In this document: one piece after another, positions 1 through 13,800 of the stretch
Layout: each line of letters opens with the position of its first letter
Numbering within the stretch: position 1 is the first letter of the stretch
IMG/VR virus record: IMGVR_UViG_3300027969_000039
Location: 186,001-250,000 of that record
Direction: 5' to 3' (one strand)
DNA: 64,000 nt
Program-made: the position numbers and the translations under genes
The notes under the pieces: generated by a model
Database searches by the model: none
The model's input: the letters and a program-made list of their open reading frames with translations, nothing else
What the model was told of the DNA's origin: nothing

Positions 1-990
1 TGAGATTACTCCAAAGATATCTTCACTAAGTTCATACTTAACACTAGTAATTTCTTTTTCCCCGCCCAACTCCACTACCGTGCCTGCATCATAATACGCA
101 TCAGCTTCAAATCGTTCTGCCAAGTCAGCGTATGTTGCTTGTAATCTACTACCGGTCGTCAATGTCCAGTTACCAGTTAGTTGTCCTGCTACTGTATTTC
201 CACCAGTTGTTATGTTTGCTGTCGTTACGCTTGAAGGAGCAATAACTCCAGTGAATTGACTAACTGAGTTAGCTCCAGTTAGATAATCAGATACATTAGC
301 GTTGTTATATGTACCTGCGAAACTAATTGCAACCCCATTCGCATACATGTATCTATCTGTCTTAATACCATATGTGTTGCCGTTGTTATTAATTACAATA
401 TTGCCGGCATTTACATAAAGTCCAGTGCCTGCTATGGTATTAGCAGTACCCGTGCCGTTTAAAGTCCACGTTCCAGTAATATTACCACCAGTACCTGCTG
501 CACCTGTTGTAATATTTGCCGTGTTTAGTGTACCAATGTTACCAGTAGTTACATTAGCATTAGCAATTGTTGCGTTTGCAGTTACAGTAGCTAACCTCAC
601 TGTTATTGTGTCTCCAACTAATGCATTAGTTGCTGTAATATTATTTGCTACTATGTTTCCAGTGACCGTTACTGCACCAAAAGTAGTTGTTCCACCACTA
701 GCAGTTGAAGTTAATGCTAACCAGCTACTAGCTGTAGTTGTTCCGTCTGCCGGGCAGACGTACATTGTGTTACTGTTCGTATTCCACCATAGTTGACCAG
801 CCAATGGGTTAGCCGGCGGGCTAGCATTGGCATAATTTTCTAGTTGGTGAACAAAGTTTGTATCCACGTACTGACCGTACCCTGCATAGTTCCTGCCTGG
901 TAATGACAATGAAGTACTGCTCGTATTGATAGTACCATCGGCGATGGTCGTCAGTACTTGACCATTACTCTTTACTATTGTATATGCCAT
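1..990 (-). CDS. Virion structural/tail fibre-like protein, 3' end truncated by the window edge (missing from ORF track)
   Basis: ATG at 990 with GGAG upstream. Frame checked at both ends: MAYTIVKSNGQVLTTIADGTINTSSTSLSLPGRNYAGYGQYVDTNFVHQLENYANASPPANPLAGQLWWN ... LQATYADLAERFEADAYYDAGTVVELGGKKEI...ELSEDIFGVIS. The middle is N/T/G-rich, and the YADLAE motif is typical of C-terminal domains of phage fibres. Confidence 0.8.
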   Translation of the reverse strand, partial: MAYTIVKSNGQVLTTIADGTINTSSTSLSLPGRNYAGYGQYVDTNFVHQLENYANASPPANPLAGQLWWNTNSNTMYVCPADGTTTASSWLALTSTASGGTTTFGAVTVTGNIVANNITATNALVGDTITVRLATVTANATIANANVTTGNIGTLNTANITTGAAGTGGNITGTWTLNGTGTANTIAGTGLYVNAGNIVINNNGNTYGIKTDRYMYANGVAISFAGTYNNANVSDYLTGANSVSQFTGVIAPSSVTTANITTGGNTVAGQLTGNWTLTTGSRLQATYADLAERFEADAYYDAGTVVELGGEKEITSVKYELSEDIFGVIS

Positions 991-1013
991 GCTGAAATTG
1001 CTCCGTTATCTGT

Positions 1014-1020
1014 TATTTAT
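1014..1020 (-). promoter_or_regulatory. T4-type late promoter (ATAAATA)
   Basis: GATAAATAA in the 31-bp intergenic gap upstream of the 990 ATG; same motif recurs before most structural genes. Confidence 0.6.
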
Positions 1021-1021
1021 C

Positions 1022-1642
1022 TTAAATTGTTACCAAGTTTGTCAAACTTTGAATTCGTACTGTATAATCAATCTGAATCTGTCTGTTTAAACTCTTTTGC
1101 ACTGGGTGAAATATTACGTGTGTCAATAATCTAGTAAGAATATTTCCATTAACGTCAGTACCATTATTTCCAAGTAATCCCAATTCGTCAAAAACATAGG
1201 AACTATCAGTTTGGGTACTATTATCAAATGCAGCTTGCCCCGCAGGCTCGCCATAATCTAATAAACATTGTACTAATATATCAGTGTAAACTTTGCCCGT
1301 TGTGTGATTTACTGTCATTTTATTACGTGTAGGATCCAAGTTAAAAACGCTAGTATCATCTACGATTTTAGCGTAAGTTTGATTGTATAATGCAGCATTT
1401 TGACCAGTGACATTTGGCGGAAGATAGGTGATAATTCCAGTGTCTGAAACGCTAGCGCCGCCGTTACCAAACGCCATTTCATATATTTCTCCAAATCCAC
1501 GACTGCTTAAAGTATCAGCAATTGCTATAGACATGTTTTCGTAATTAATAGCATTTTTCTTATCTACGAATATTTCCCCGTTGTTTGGGTCATAGATTTT
1601 CAAAAATCCTTCTATTTTGTATGTTAGTGTTATTGCTGACAT
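1022..1642 (-). CDS. Conserved virion/baseplate-associated protein (tail-collar/fibre attachment-like), 206 aa
   Basis: MAFGNGG ... FDELGL ... THVIFHPVQKSLNRQIQIDYTVRIQ; follows the giant wedge gene in a structural operon. Confidence 0.6.
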   Translation of the reverse strand: MSAITLTYKIEGFLKIYDPNNGEIFVDKKNAINYENMSIAIADTLSSRGFGEIYEMAFGNGGASVSDTGIITYLPPNVTGQNAALYNQTYAKIVDDTSVFNLDPTRNKMTVNHTTGKVYTDILVQCLLDYGEPAGQAAFDNSTQTDSSYVFDELGLLGNNGTDVNGNILTRLLTHVIFHPVQKSLNRQIQIDYTVRIQSLTNLVTI

Positions 1643-1797
1643 TAATTATCGCCTCTTATTTGTACTAATACTTCTTTAGTATTAGGATCCGTTATCTTTA
1701 CGCTGGAAGAAAAGTAAAATCCACCGTGTTCATTGGGTTTACTTTCCTGTCTTTCCGACGGTTGGTTTTCCTTATTTTCTTCTATTTTTTCGTTCAT
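1642..1797 (-). CDS. Small hypothetical protein, 51 aa (below ORF-track cutoff)
   Basis: MNEKIEENKENQPSERQESKPNEHGGFYFSSSVKITDPNTKEVLVQIRGDN*. It fills the gap between two genes, its stop overlaps the next start (TAATG), and ATAAATA lies 4 nt upstream of the ATG. Confidence 0.75.
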   Translation of the reverse strand: MNEKIEENKENQPSERQESKPNEHGGFYFSSSVKITDPNTKEVLVQIRGDN

Positions 1798-1801
1798 ATA
1801 T

Positions 1802-1808
1802 TATTTAT
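1802..1808 (-). promoter_or_regulatory. T4-type late promoter (ATAAATA)
   Basis: GATAAATAA, 4 nt before the ATG at 1797. Confidence 0.55.
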
Positions 1809-1810
1809 CT

Positions 1811-4800
1811 TTAAGTTATATCCGTTCTTAAGAAATTTGCACCTTGGGTGTACGCAATCTGCAATGGGTCTCCATCTTCTGTATTATAGATTCCCGGGAT
1901 TGGATTCCATGTAGCGGAATACAATACATCTGACATTCTGTTATTAGGAATCAAGCCAAACGCTTCAGAATATACCGGAATGTATGCTTGCATTCCGGTT
2001 CCGTTTGCTCCCCTAGTCAATTGAGAGACTGTATTTGCAACTAAATCACACTCATTAAATCCAATTTGTTCCCCGTTGATATACAACAATCTACCTTCAA
2101 CAGTAGTAATAGTTAATGAATCTCCCACTGAAACTCCAATTGGTTGAATTTGTAATATCGGGGCAGTATCTTCTATGACTATTGCAAAGTTAGCACCACC
2201 TAAGAACAACCCAGTAGTATTGTTATATACTTGAATATGACATATAACATTCTTATTAGAAATTAAACCAATGTTAAATGTTCCATCAACTAACGCAGGA
2301 GCAGTTACAGTTTGAATTATGGAATCTGTCACTCTAGTAACATCATTTAAGTAAATTATGTCTTGCAAGATTTCTAACGGAGATACTAACCAAGTTCTAG
2401 TTTGATGATTAGCGCGGTAAACTGATGCATCTCCCTGCTGAGATACATTTAATAAATATGTTTCTTCATTGGGTGATGCAGTTGGCATCATACTTGTAAT
2501 AATAACTTCATCACTAGTTTGTATATTTGATAGAATACTTAAATTATTGTATGAATTTAATCTTAATGAACTTGATGGTACTCTATATCCATTGATAGTT
2601 ACCCACAATCTATCTACATTAACTTGTTCATATTGAGTTACGTAAATAGAACCAGAAGCATCTACTAACTGAACTTCTTCTTGGTACGGGAATGGAGTTT
2701 CGCTAATAGTAAATTCTTGCAATCCATTAGCAGTTCCTGTACCTGTGCCGGTGCCTGTAGCGACAAACGTGCCAAGAGTTACAGGAGTACCAACATATCC
2801 AATAGCATTCCAATTAGTTGTACCTAAACTTGTAATTTCATATTCATTACCTATAATGAAATTGCCAGCTGATATTTCAGGTCTAACTGCAAATATATAA
2901 TATTTGTGTTTGGCTAAAATATTACCTAAGATATTTGTCTCCGATGGTGCTGGGTATTTAGTAAAGTATACAGGTGTATTTGATATCAAAATGTCAGTAC
3001 TAGCTACTGTTATTCTATTTCCATTATCATCAGTTGCAGTTGCGACTGTATCGTGTATTGTAAATACTCCATCTATCCAAATGTAACCTCCACTAACATA
3101 TGTAGAGATTGTAGTTACTGGATAATTAACTGCATATAATGCCGGATTATATGGTTCTGTATACAATTCATATTGTGTAGTTGACATTGGCCTAACATAA
3201 TATAGATTATTGTTTAATTGCACTGACCCAATTACTCCATCAATACGAACTAACGAATTTAATATAAAGTTTGGTGTTATGCTAGTAGTCACTGTTACTG
3301 CACTAAAGCCACCTGCATAACCTGTTAAAACAGTAGCGACTGCCCCGGTCGTAACTGTAGGTGACGCACTTAATTCGTCTTGTATTGTGAAAGCATATGC
3401 CGCATTAGGATTAGTTGTTATTGCACTAACGGTATAGTTAGTTCCAATAGTACTGATGCCATTTATTGTAGTTAGCACAGCAGTTCCACTACCTGAACCT
3501 ATTGCGTTAGCGGTAAATATGCCTCCAACTACTGGATATCCTGATAACCAATTGTAGCTAGATGCAATTGATTGCCAATCTGTATTACCTAAACTAGTTA
3601 TGCAATATTGGGTACTTGATATAAATGATCCAGCATTTATATTAGCAGTTTTAAATTGTATAGATTGTCCAACAGTTAAATTAAGTGAAGGATCTGCCGT
3701 ACTTATTAATGAATTTGCTAATTTTGCTGTACCATTACCAGACCCCACAGTAGCAGCGGTAAACAAGCTACCTACTGCATATGTTACTCCGGTTGTTCCT
3801 GCTACAGTATTCCAATTTGTAGTAGTACCTAATGAGACAATTATATATTGTTTAGTTGTAGTAAATGAACCTGCATTGACAACCGTAGCTGACCCGGCTT
3901 GTGTACTAGTAATACCAATAATAGCTGTAGTAGGGGTTATGACGTTATTAACATTTATTATAGGAGCTACGGTATAGCTTGATGTAAGTTCAGAAGTACT
4001 AAAATATTGACGTTCTGTTAAATTATATGACGTAACAGATATATTGTCATTGACATTGGGTGGAGTATCAAACAATATCGAATCATTATCTGCACTAATA
4101 GTATATGTTGACAATGATTGTCTTAGTCCGTTGATTTCTACAATAGCGTTAGTTGGGTTATCTTCCCCTACAAAATAATCTAATGCGAAAGAATCAGTAG
4201 AACCGTCACCAATGAATAATTGTGTTTGTGGTAAAGTATACCCATATTGTGTAGGAACTGTCTGCCCCAAGAATGAGTATACTAAGTAATCTACTGTATT
4301 ATCATAATTAGCTGCAAAAATTATTGCAGCAGTAATACCATTGGTAGAAATTCCAATTGAATAATCATTTGATATAAACTCTGCGCTGCCTGTTGCATTT
4401 GTTAATTGGAATACAGGTCCACTAACAGTTTCAGAAATAGTAAATTCATTAGAATCATATATTGATTTAATATAATATGTTTGATGATGAACAATTCCAC
4501 CAAATATTGTCTCACTAAAAACTATAGGAGTATTTACAATTAGTCCGCTTGTAGTAATTGTTGTTATGGTATTAGTTGAAGATTTGGTTCTTAATACAGT
4601 AGCAGTATAACCTAATACTAATAAATTACCATTATGATATACTGCTGGTGGACTCCATGCTGCTCCTAATCCAGTTTGTATAATAGCATCCATAAGCCCA
4701 GATGCAGTAGATAAGAAGAATATTGTTCCGGCTGTACCAGTAGATGAATTATAAGTATCTGATATTGTAATTCTATTAGTTGTATAGCCAATAGATTTTA

Positions 4801-7800
4801 CATAGTACGTTTGATCTTCAACTATATTTCCAAACACAGCCCCACTAAAAGTTATAGCACCGTTTAGAACAAAATCATCTACACTATCACACTGTATAGT
4901 ATTATTAATTCCGTTTGTTGATAACGCATACGCGGTGACGGGAGAAGTTGTTGGTTTTATTAAACCAGAACCTTGATAGATACCTGCACTATAATTTGCA
5001 TTTACATCTATTTCACTAAACCCGGTAACTTCGTTATACTTAATAGGATCAGCTTCAGTATTTGATTTTACTAATTGATCTCCATTACCTACTTCATAAA
5101 CATCTATTCTCAAATTATCATGTATAGTAGATGATACATACGTTATAGGATTAGATAGAATTACAATCTTGTTTATCCAATCTATTGTATAATCAGAACC
5201 TAATATCATTGTGGTACTTAGTTCAGTGGTATAATCTATCATAAACACACTAATTTGAATTGGAACATTTACTGCATTAATAAAGCTATATTGAGTCTGT
5301 GTGCCTGACGTTGGTGCTATTTCTAATGATACTACATTATAACCAATATTTTGATATATTGTTTGATCCCAGTTTGTTCCCGGTCTAGTATTTACAATCA
5401 TAGTAATGTTATCAGAAACTACTCCTGCAACTAATTCTTCAGGACCGTACCCTTCAGTAAATGAATCACCCTGCACATTATAGATTGGGGCAGGAGTATT
5501 AACATAATTATCAAGCGTCCAAGTAGTACTATTAGTACTACGTAACATAGTATTATTATATCCTATTACAATTAATAATCCTGAAACATTGTCAGAAACA
5601 CTACTCTGTAGATTTTCTGTAACATTAGATGTTTGTTGTGTCCAAGTAATACCATTTGTTGGAGCAGTAAGTATAACACCGTTATCACCCACTGCTATAA
5701 ATGTACTTAAGTATGTACTCCATGTGACATTATTTAAATTGGTAGCTACTGGTGAAGTTTGTGGGAACCATGTTGTACCATTAAAACTAGTGTATATAAC
5801 TCCATTGTCACCTACTATCACAATAGTTTGACTATTACCCGCGATGCTGTTTAATGAAAAACTAGTAGCAGTAAATGGAACTTGCGTCCATGTAAATCCA
5901 TCAGCACTAGAGTATATTATTCCATAGTTTGTAGGAGCAACTGTTCCGCTAGATGCTGCTTGTCCTAACCCAACTGCAATAAAGCCTGTGAATCCTGCAG
6001 TACTTACATACGCAACACCATTAAATTCATTAGTAAATCCATTAGTAAATGTAAATGTTTCATCCCATGTATAAGGTACATTGTCATTAGGTTGTGTTAC
6101 TGAAGTAATAATACTACTTCCAACTGCTACAGTAGCTGAAGCAATACTAGAATTTGTTACACAATTTAATGTTACTCCAGAAGAAGCTAATAATATTGGA
6201 TCAGTTGAGTTATATAATGCGGTTGCGTCCCAATTGATACCATCATCACTTACTAATATAGGTGTTGCAGTATTATTTGAAGAAAGAATAAATTTTCCTG
6301 AAGTTCCGCCGGTATATATTATAGAAGTTACATTGATTGGAGTATTTGATAACTTATTGATAGTCCAATTAGACAATGTACTTGTATTAATTGAAGAATA
6401 ATCACTAGAGTTTGATGCTATGAAATATGTTGAATCTTTGACTGCAATAGACTGTCCATTAAGTCCAACTGGATAGAATGTTTGATCTGTTAATATTGTA
6501 TTTAAAGTATATTCATCTGCCGGTGCAAATGCATTGCCTAAATAAGTACTGTTTGGATATGTTATTCCATTTACCAATTGAGCAAGGTCTTTACCTGGCA
6601 TATTAACAGTAGGTTGATAGTAACCTATAATTCTGTCTAATGCATTTAAGTTTCTATTATCAGGTGACAATAATTCCCATTTACCAATAATAAATTCATT
6701 ATCATTATTACTAACAACACATTGATATACTCTATTGTTAAATTTAACTATACTAGGAGTAAAGTAGAATGGTTCCGGCAACAACGCATAGTCACCTGAT
6801 GAAGCCATTGTCATTGATCCGGTTGCGTCTGTTAATTGTACCAATGAACTTAACAATGCAGGTAATGTAGATATTCTTACTGTAGTTGAAGTTGGTTTAT
6901 CATATATATAATATGTAAGACCTAACGATATGCCACCAAATACTGTTTCGGTAAATACAACTGGTTCATTAACATTGAAACTAGCAGAACTCGTTACTGT
7001 AATTCTGTCAGATGCTGCTACAGTTTCTGTTGCAGTAGTAGATGTTATTCCTGAATATGAGAAATTTTGTCCGCTAACTGGTGCAGTCAATTCTGGATTA
7101 GAATATACTGCAACTTGATTTGATGATATTACTTCAAGATAATATTGTTCAACCACGCCTGCAGGGGTACCAACACATACTGCTGATGTGATTCCGCCAA
7201 TTGAGTCGATGGTCAATGCGGTCAACGTCAAATCGTTTGCTGGACTTATTCCACCAATACTAGAACCTGCTATTGTAACTGTATTGTCAACCGCATATCC
7301 TTGCCCTGCACTAGTAATTACTATTCTATATCCACCTAATATATAGCTTACATCAAAGTTAGGGTCAGTAACGACTTCTTGTACTAATTGTACTTGGGTT
7401 TCTAACACATAGTGTGTACCGGAACCAGTGGTAGTAGTTTTGATTGTTGTTCCACCTACTACATATACTAAATTAAATGTGTTTCCAGATTTATTAGCAA
7501 CATAGTAAGTAGTATATACATTGAACGGCGCAGGAAGAGTTCCTGTACTGCTAAGAACAACCGCTGTTCCATTTGGGAACGCTGAACCATTTGCTACTGT
7601 AATAGTAGCAGCCGTTGGGGTAGATGAATCAGTAATTGTTGCTGCTTGAGTAGAATTTAATAAACTAGTTCCTACAGTTATATACCCTTCACCACTTAAT
7701 GTCATTAGTCCGCTATCAGTAGTTACATTATATACTGATCCAAATAATTGATCTTCTGATATAGTAAATCTACCTGTATCCGCCGGAGGACTACTGTCTA

Positions 7801-10800
7801 TAGAGAACACATAGTATACCAAATTCAATGACACTCCGCCTATTGATGTACCAGTAAAGTATATTGGCATACCAACATACAATACATCAGTTAAGTTAGG
7901 ATTTAAACTCAACGGTGCAGTTAACCAATTTGTACTACTTGTAGTATCTGTTACTGTCAATGCGGTAGTGCCGGTACCTGTTACTGTGTATGGTCCACCG
8001 GTCGTAGTTAATCCGCCTATGTCGTTCCCTACATTAAATTTAAGCCCATTATATATGTTAGTTAGTCCACCGCTAAAAGTAGAGATACAAATTCTGTTTA
8101 CGGTTGCTAAAGTAGCTGATATACTTCTAGTTAATAGATTAGAAATAGTGCCTGACAATCCACTATATTGTTGTGAAGTTTGATATAAGGTAAATTGTTG
8201 ACCTGTAATTTGACCAGGACTTACTGGCAAGTTAACATTCAATGTCATTGAACCAGATCCATCTGTAAGCTGTACTGCAAGGTCTTGACTATTGAGCATA
8301 CAAGAACCGGTAGCGGTAGTTAGTGTTACTGCTTCACCGTTTACAGAAGTTGATACAGAGAAAGAGGTTCCATTTGTAAATTTCTCTCTTACATAGTAAG
8401 TTGCACCTGCAACTATATTACCAAATGTAGTACCTGTGAATATGATAGGTTCATTTATGGTTAATCCTTGTGTAGTTTCGCACGTTATAGAATTGTTGCT
8501 ACTTGAAGTTGCAGTAACTTCAAACATCACCGGTAACTCATTGGTAGCAGACATTGTAAATGTTTCTAAATCAATTACTGTCAATACGTAATATATTTTG
8601 TTTTCTACAATATTACCAAATGTTTCATTATTTCCTGCGCTATTAGTCACAAAGAATAAAGGCATTGTTGTATAAAAACCAATTGTACCATTTTGCCCAG
8701 TTGGTGTTAGTAAGACTGTTACATTATTTGTTGTCCTAGTAGTAGCAACTGCATTTCTTAATCCAGTATAGTTAATGGTAAGTATCGCTTGATTTACTAA
8801 TTGACCAACATATAAAATTAACCCTGCTGTAACAATTGTAGCTGTATTCTGAACAAAAACTGCGCCTGGTACACCATCAATACCTACTGTATCAGAAATA
8901 GTAAAGCCGGTGTCTTCCAATAACGCAGCAGTACCTGTACCACTAGCCACAAATTTTGATATAACAACATCACCAACAGCATAAGTAACACCAACTGTAT
9001 CGGCTACACTATTCCAATCAGTGTCGCCTAATACAGTAATTACATAGTTATATCCTATATCAAGATTAGAAGAAGAGGTACTATTTGCATTTGGTAATTG
9101 TACCAATGATTTTACGTAGTAAGTTGTACTATCAACTAGAGATGTACCAATTGTAGAACCTACAAACTTAACTGGCATTCCAATATAGAAACCAATTGTA
9201 GAACCAATGTCACCAGCTACTGCTGCTCCACCGGAACTAGGGTTGATTCTTATTGCATTTTGATACGCAACCGTAGAATAACTTGATCCGTATGTTTGTA
9301 CTGTATTTCTAGTTCTAGATGACCAGGTCAATGTCTGTTGATTTTCTGCATCTAGTATTTCAAAAGTTGCGCCGGCCGCACTTGCTAATATAGAATCTAT
9401 AGAAGGATATTCTTCATATAATTTTATAGACGATGATGATATTTGATTACTATTGTGTAAATCACCTGCATAAAAAGAACCATATAATCCCCCAGGCGCC
9501 CAATCAATTACTTGACTAGTATAAGTTGTTCTATCAAATCTCAATGTTATCACATTTTCTCTTATTGGCATTGAATTTAATATGCAATACCCAATTGCAC
9601 CTATACTAAAATTTTGAGTTCCTGTACCACTATTACCAAACACTACTCTATTATGATCTTGTATTGCTTCTTGGTACATAGTGTAGAGAGCAAATACAGG
9701 TGATGGAGTAATTTCTAACAGATTTACATAGTATTGTTGCCCTTCAATTAATCCTTCTATTGTTGTTGAATTAGAACCTACTGAGTATACTATTACATCA
9801 CCGGTTTGTAAATCATATGCTGTGTTTATATTAATGGTATTGTCTAATACATTAACTTGACTACTATCAATTGATAAAATATAAGCAGGATCAATTACAA
9901 TGTTAGGCAAGACAGCATATCCAGAACCTGGATTAATTACTTCAACCCCAATAACAGTGCCTAAACTCATTATAGCTTGTAGTTGAGCAGGGACTCTTGG
10001 TTCAGGGTATATTGTAGTATCAACGTATGCAGTAATCTGAGGAGGATTTATATAGTTTCTACCTGTGTTAAGAATAATCACAGGAGGAAGATCCATAAAA
10101 ATATATTCACCCGGCAAGTGTTGAGTTATAGTCGTACCATTCATTCCCCTTGTCAACCCAGTCAATTGGTTGTTTAACAAATCTTTTCCACTATAGCCTA
10201 TTTGTTCTTCACCAATTGTTATAGTTCCATTAATAGGGAATCCATTAACATTGCCAACATAACAATATGATGTATTCAATGAAAGATATGAATCTAATAC
10301 ACTAATTTGAAAATCTTTTTGTCCAATGTATGATTGAGTTTCATCTACGAAAACGCCAATACTTAATCCATAATTGTTATACCATTCTGTATATGCATTA
10401 CTATCCCATATTGAACTTGTAGGTGGATATTGATATACACTATCACCTCCGTTATAAACTAATTGAGGGGAGACAAACTCACCAATGTTTGCATTCCATT
10501 GTGCCGGTAAGTCAAAGTCTGTAATGTCGCCTTCAAATACATCTGTGCGGGTATACTTGAATAAGAATTCTTTTATAACTACATGATAAGGCTTAACTTC
10601 GTTCAAGTATCCTTCTAAAAATAATTGATTGTCAGAGCGAAATACTTCAATTGGAACTAATTCACGAATAGTATGAGAAACATCTAAAAATGATGTTTTA
10701 TTTAACCAAGTTAAGTAATTTTGACTTTCAATTGTTTCACTTTGAATATATTCAAATAATAATATTAAACTTTTGTTTCTAAAAATTAATAATTCATTTG

Positions 10801-13800
10801 TATAGATTTCTTCATTTAACGCACGAACTATGTAACGTGTTTCAGTTGACGGGTATGAATCGAAAGGAGTAGTATCAAAGAAGTTATCTCCAAACCCTAA
10901 TCTAGCACTAGGATAATCCCATAGTACAGATGAAAATTCTATTGTGCCGTTATCTAACCCTATTCTTGTCCACAATCCGTCTGCGCCATATATGTATGTT
11001 TCTCCGTTGCCAGAACCATTAGATATTACTTTTACAATTGTTCCTGCTGCTACTTCTAATGTGGACAAATCTGCATATAGAGGAACTTGTATTGATGCTT
11101 TAGTAGCATCATTGTACCCAGTTGCCCACCAATTTATATAATACCAATATTGTGTAGTGTCAAATGCTTCCCCGGTTTCTGTTAAGAAAACTGGGTTCCT
11201 AATTTCTGCGATTGGGAATTGAGCAAGTACCGTATTAGCATACTGTAGGTAATTCTTTAACGCACCAAATCTATCATAAAAGAAACCTTGTCTTGGTCTA
11301 GATAGTACGCCGGTTTGTACTGCTTTTGGCAACAATGGGTCCGGTACTACACCACCTGCATTATCAACACCACACATACTATCTAGCATTCTATTGTACA
11401 GTCCAATTGGTTGATCAATACCAACTGCACCACGATACTGATATCCAGCACCAGATCCCGGTGTTCCTGATAAAAAGTCATCAGCGTAATTAGCACGAAT
11501 TAAACTATATTGATTATGTGGAACATCGTTGTTGGATCCTGTTGCATAACCAATATTTAGAACCGTGTCATTTGCGTTAATATATGCAAATGCATTGTAT
11601 AATGCATAAACACTTGGTAACAATGGTGCAAAATAAGTTATACCAGTTGCTTGTGGTTGTATTATATAATATTCTAATACGGTATCAGATAATGTTTTAC
11701 CTAATTTTTCAAATATTATATTTGTATTTCTTGCCCAGAAATAATAGATAGGGGCAATCAACCCTTCAGCATTTATTACGCCGCCTACTGAATAATTATC
11801 TATGTTGTACGGGACTCCTGGGCCTGTATACTGTGACGGAGGTACATTGCTGCTAATCCATGAATATACAGCTACATCACTACCTGGGAATACACGACCC
11901 CACCATTGGCTATTGTATGAAACATCATTTTGATGATAGTTCATAAATCTAGTATTTGAAGTATCGAACCACAACTGCCCCACTTTATCACTTGACCATA
12001 CGATACCACCTTGTGTATCTGCTGGGCTGTTATATCCCGCAGGATCATTATTTGATGTGATATCGATATTCTCTGCTACTGCTCCTAGTAATTTTCCTTG
12101 CAATGGGTCAATATAATCTAGATTTTCTAATGTGTTATTAGTTAATGCACTAAACAATTGAATATTGAATATTCCATTAACGTCAACGACCGGGGCAGAA
12201 CTTCTGTATACAGCCCAATCTGGCGTACTACTTTGACTTACATAAGTAATAACTTGCCCATTGTATCCTGTGTTAGGAACAAAATTAGGAGTACCAATTG
12301 TTACATGATTACTATTAAAATCTAATGCTGTTCCATAATATGGTTGAGTGCCATAGTCTAAGTCCTTAGAATTAGTACTTTGTGCATAAACAAAGTTGCC
12401 TGGATTATCTATGTTTTCATTGTATGCTGACAAATAATCAAACATATAAACAGCGCCTGCATTAGTGAATACATCTATCCACTGAGTAGCATTATTGTCA
12501 AAGACTGTATCATTGTCTAATTCATCGTCAGTAAAATCAAATGTAGTTGAAGTATAACGTGCACCAACCGGAGCGCTTGCGATAAACGAACCACTGTAGG
12601 ATTTATCAAATTTTACTACGGTTCCAAATTGAGTTCTACCGTCTAAATGTGGACACATTATCTTTTGTGTTTGTGTATATATTGTAATACCAATTTCACT
12701 TAACGTAGCGTTATCAACCACTGACAATGATAATTTGTTTCCAGCTGTTCCAATTGTAGTATCAACTAATGATATTACTAATTTACCATTAAGTGTAGTT
12801 GCATACACATTTGGTATTGAAACAATGTTTATACTTGTAGCAGCAGAAGTAGCATCACCAATTGGCAATATTACATTGAATCCATTAATTAAAATATTTC
12901 TAGGTGCTGTGATAGTGCAAGTAGTATCACCAACAATCATTCCATATTTTTCACCAGCATTAGTATATCTATGTACTGCACCTTCGTAATTTTTATCACT
13001 CAGTTCGTACGGGGCACCAATCAATATTTCATTTGCATATCTATTAACATCTACACTAGTACCAAATTCTACACCAACTCTTGGTGTTTCTTCGTTAGTT
13101 AGTGTTTGTGTTAACACAAAATTGCTACCACTGATATTAATTAAGTCACCTGCATTTATTGTAGGTGATTGTGAACTATAAACATACAATGAAGAACCAG
13201 TTACTGCATATGTATTATCATCTAGTGATGTTCCATTAACTGACACAAACAAAGGAGTAGTTTGTACAGTAACTGTCATACTACCAGACGCGGTTATTAA
13301 GTCAATAGGTGCAGTTGCATCACGAGTCAACGCAATTCTAAATGTAGTACTTGTTGGTTTATCATAAACATAATAAACCGTATCCGCAGCTATTGCACCT
13401 GCTGATATCAATGTACCAGAAAATACTACAGGATCGTTTACACTAAACCCTGCGCTACTACTGACAGTAATTCTATCAGTTGTGCTATCTGTAGCAGTTG
13501 CAGTTTGTGATACCGTAGTTGGAGTCCAGGCTAAAGGAATTACTATTGGTATAAACGGTTGATTGCTAGTTCTTGAAATTGTATTCTGAACAGTTCTAGA
13601 GAACACATAAGTATAACCATAGTTAGCAGTGTTTACATCATAATCTTTATACGGAGTACCTACTACAACGGTATCACCGTAGTAATCAGTTGCAATAGAG
13701 TACCCAAACGTATCCCCACTGACTAATCCAGCTACAGTAATTCTAGTAGAATATTCGTATAAATCTGTTAATGCAGATTTGCGATAAACATAAACATAAT

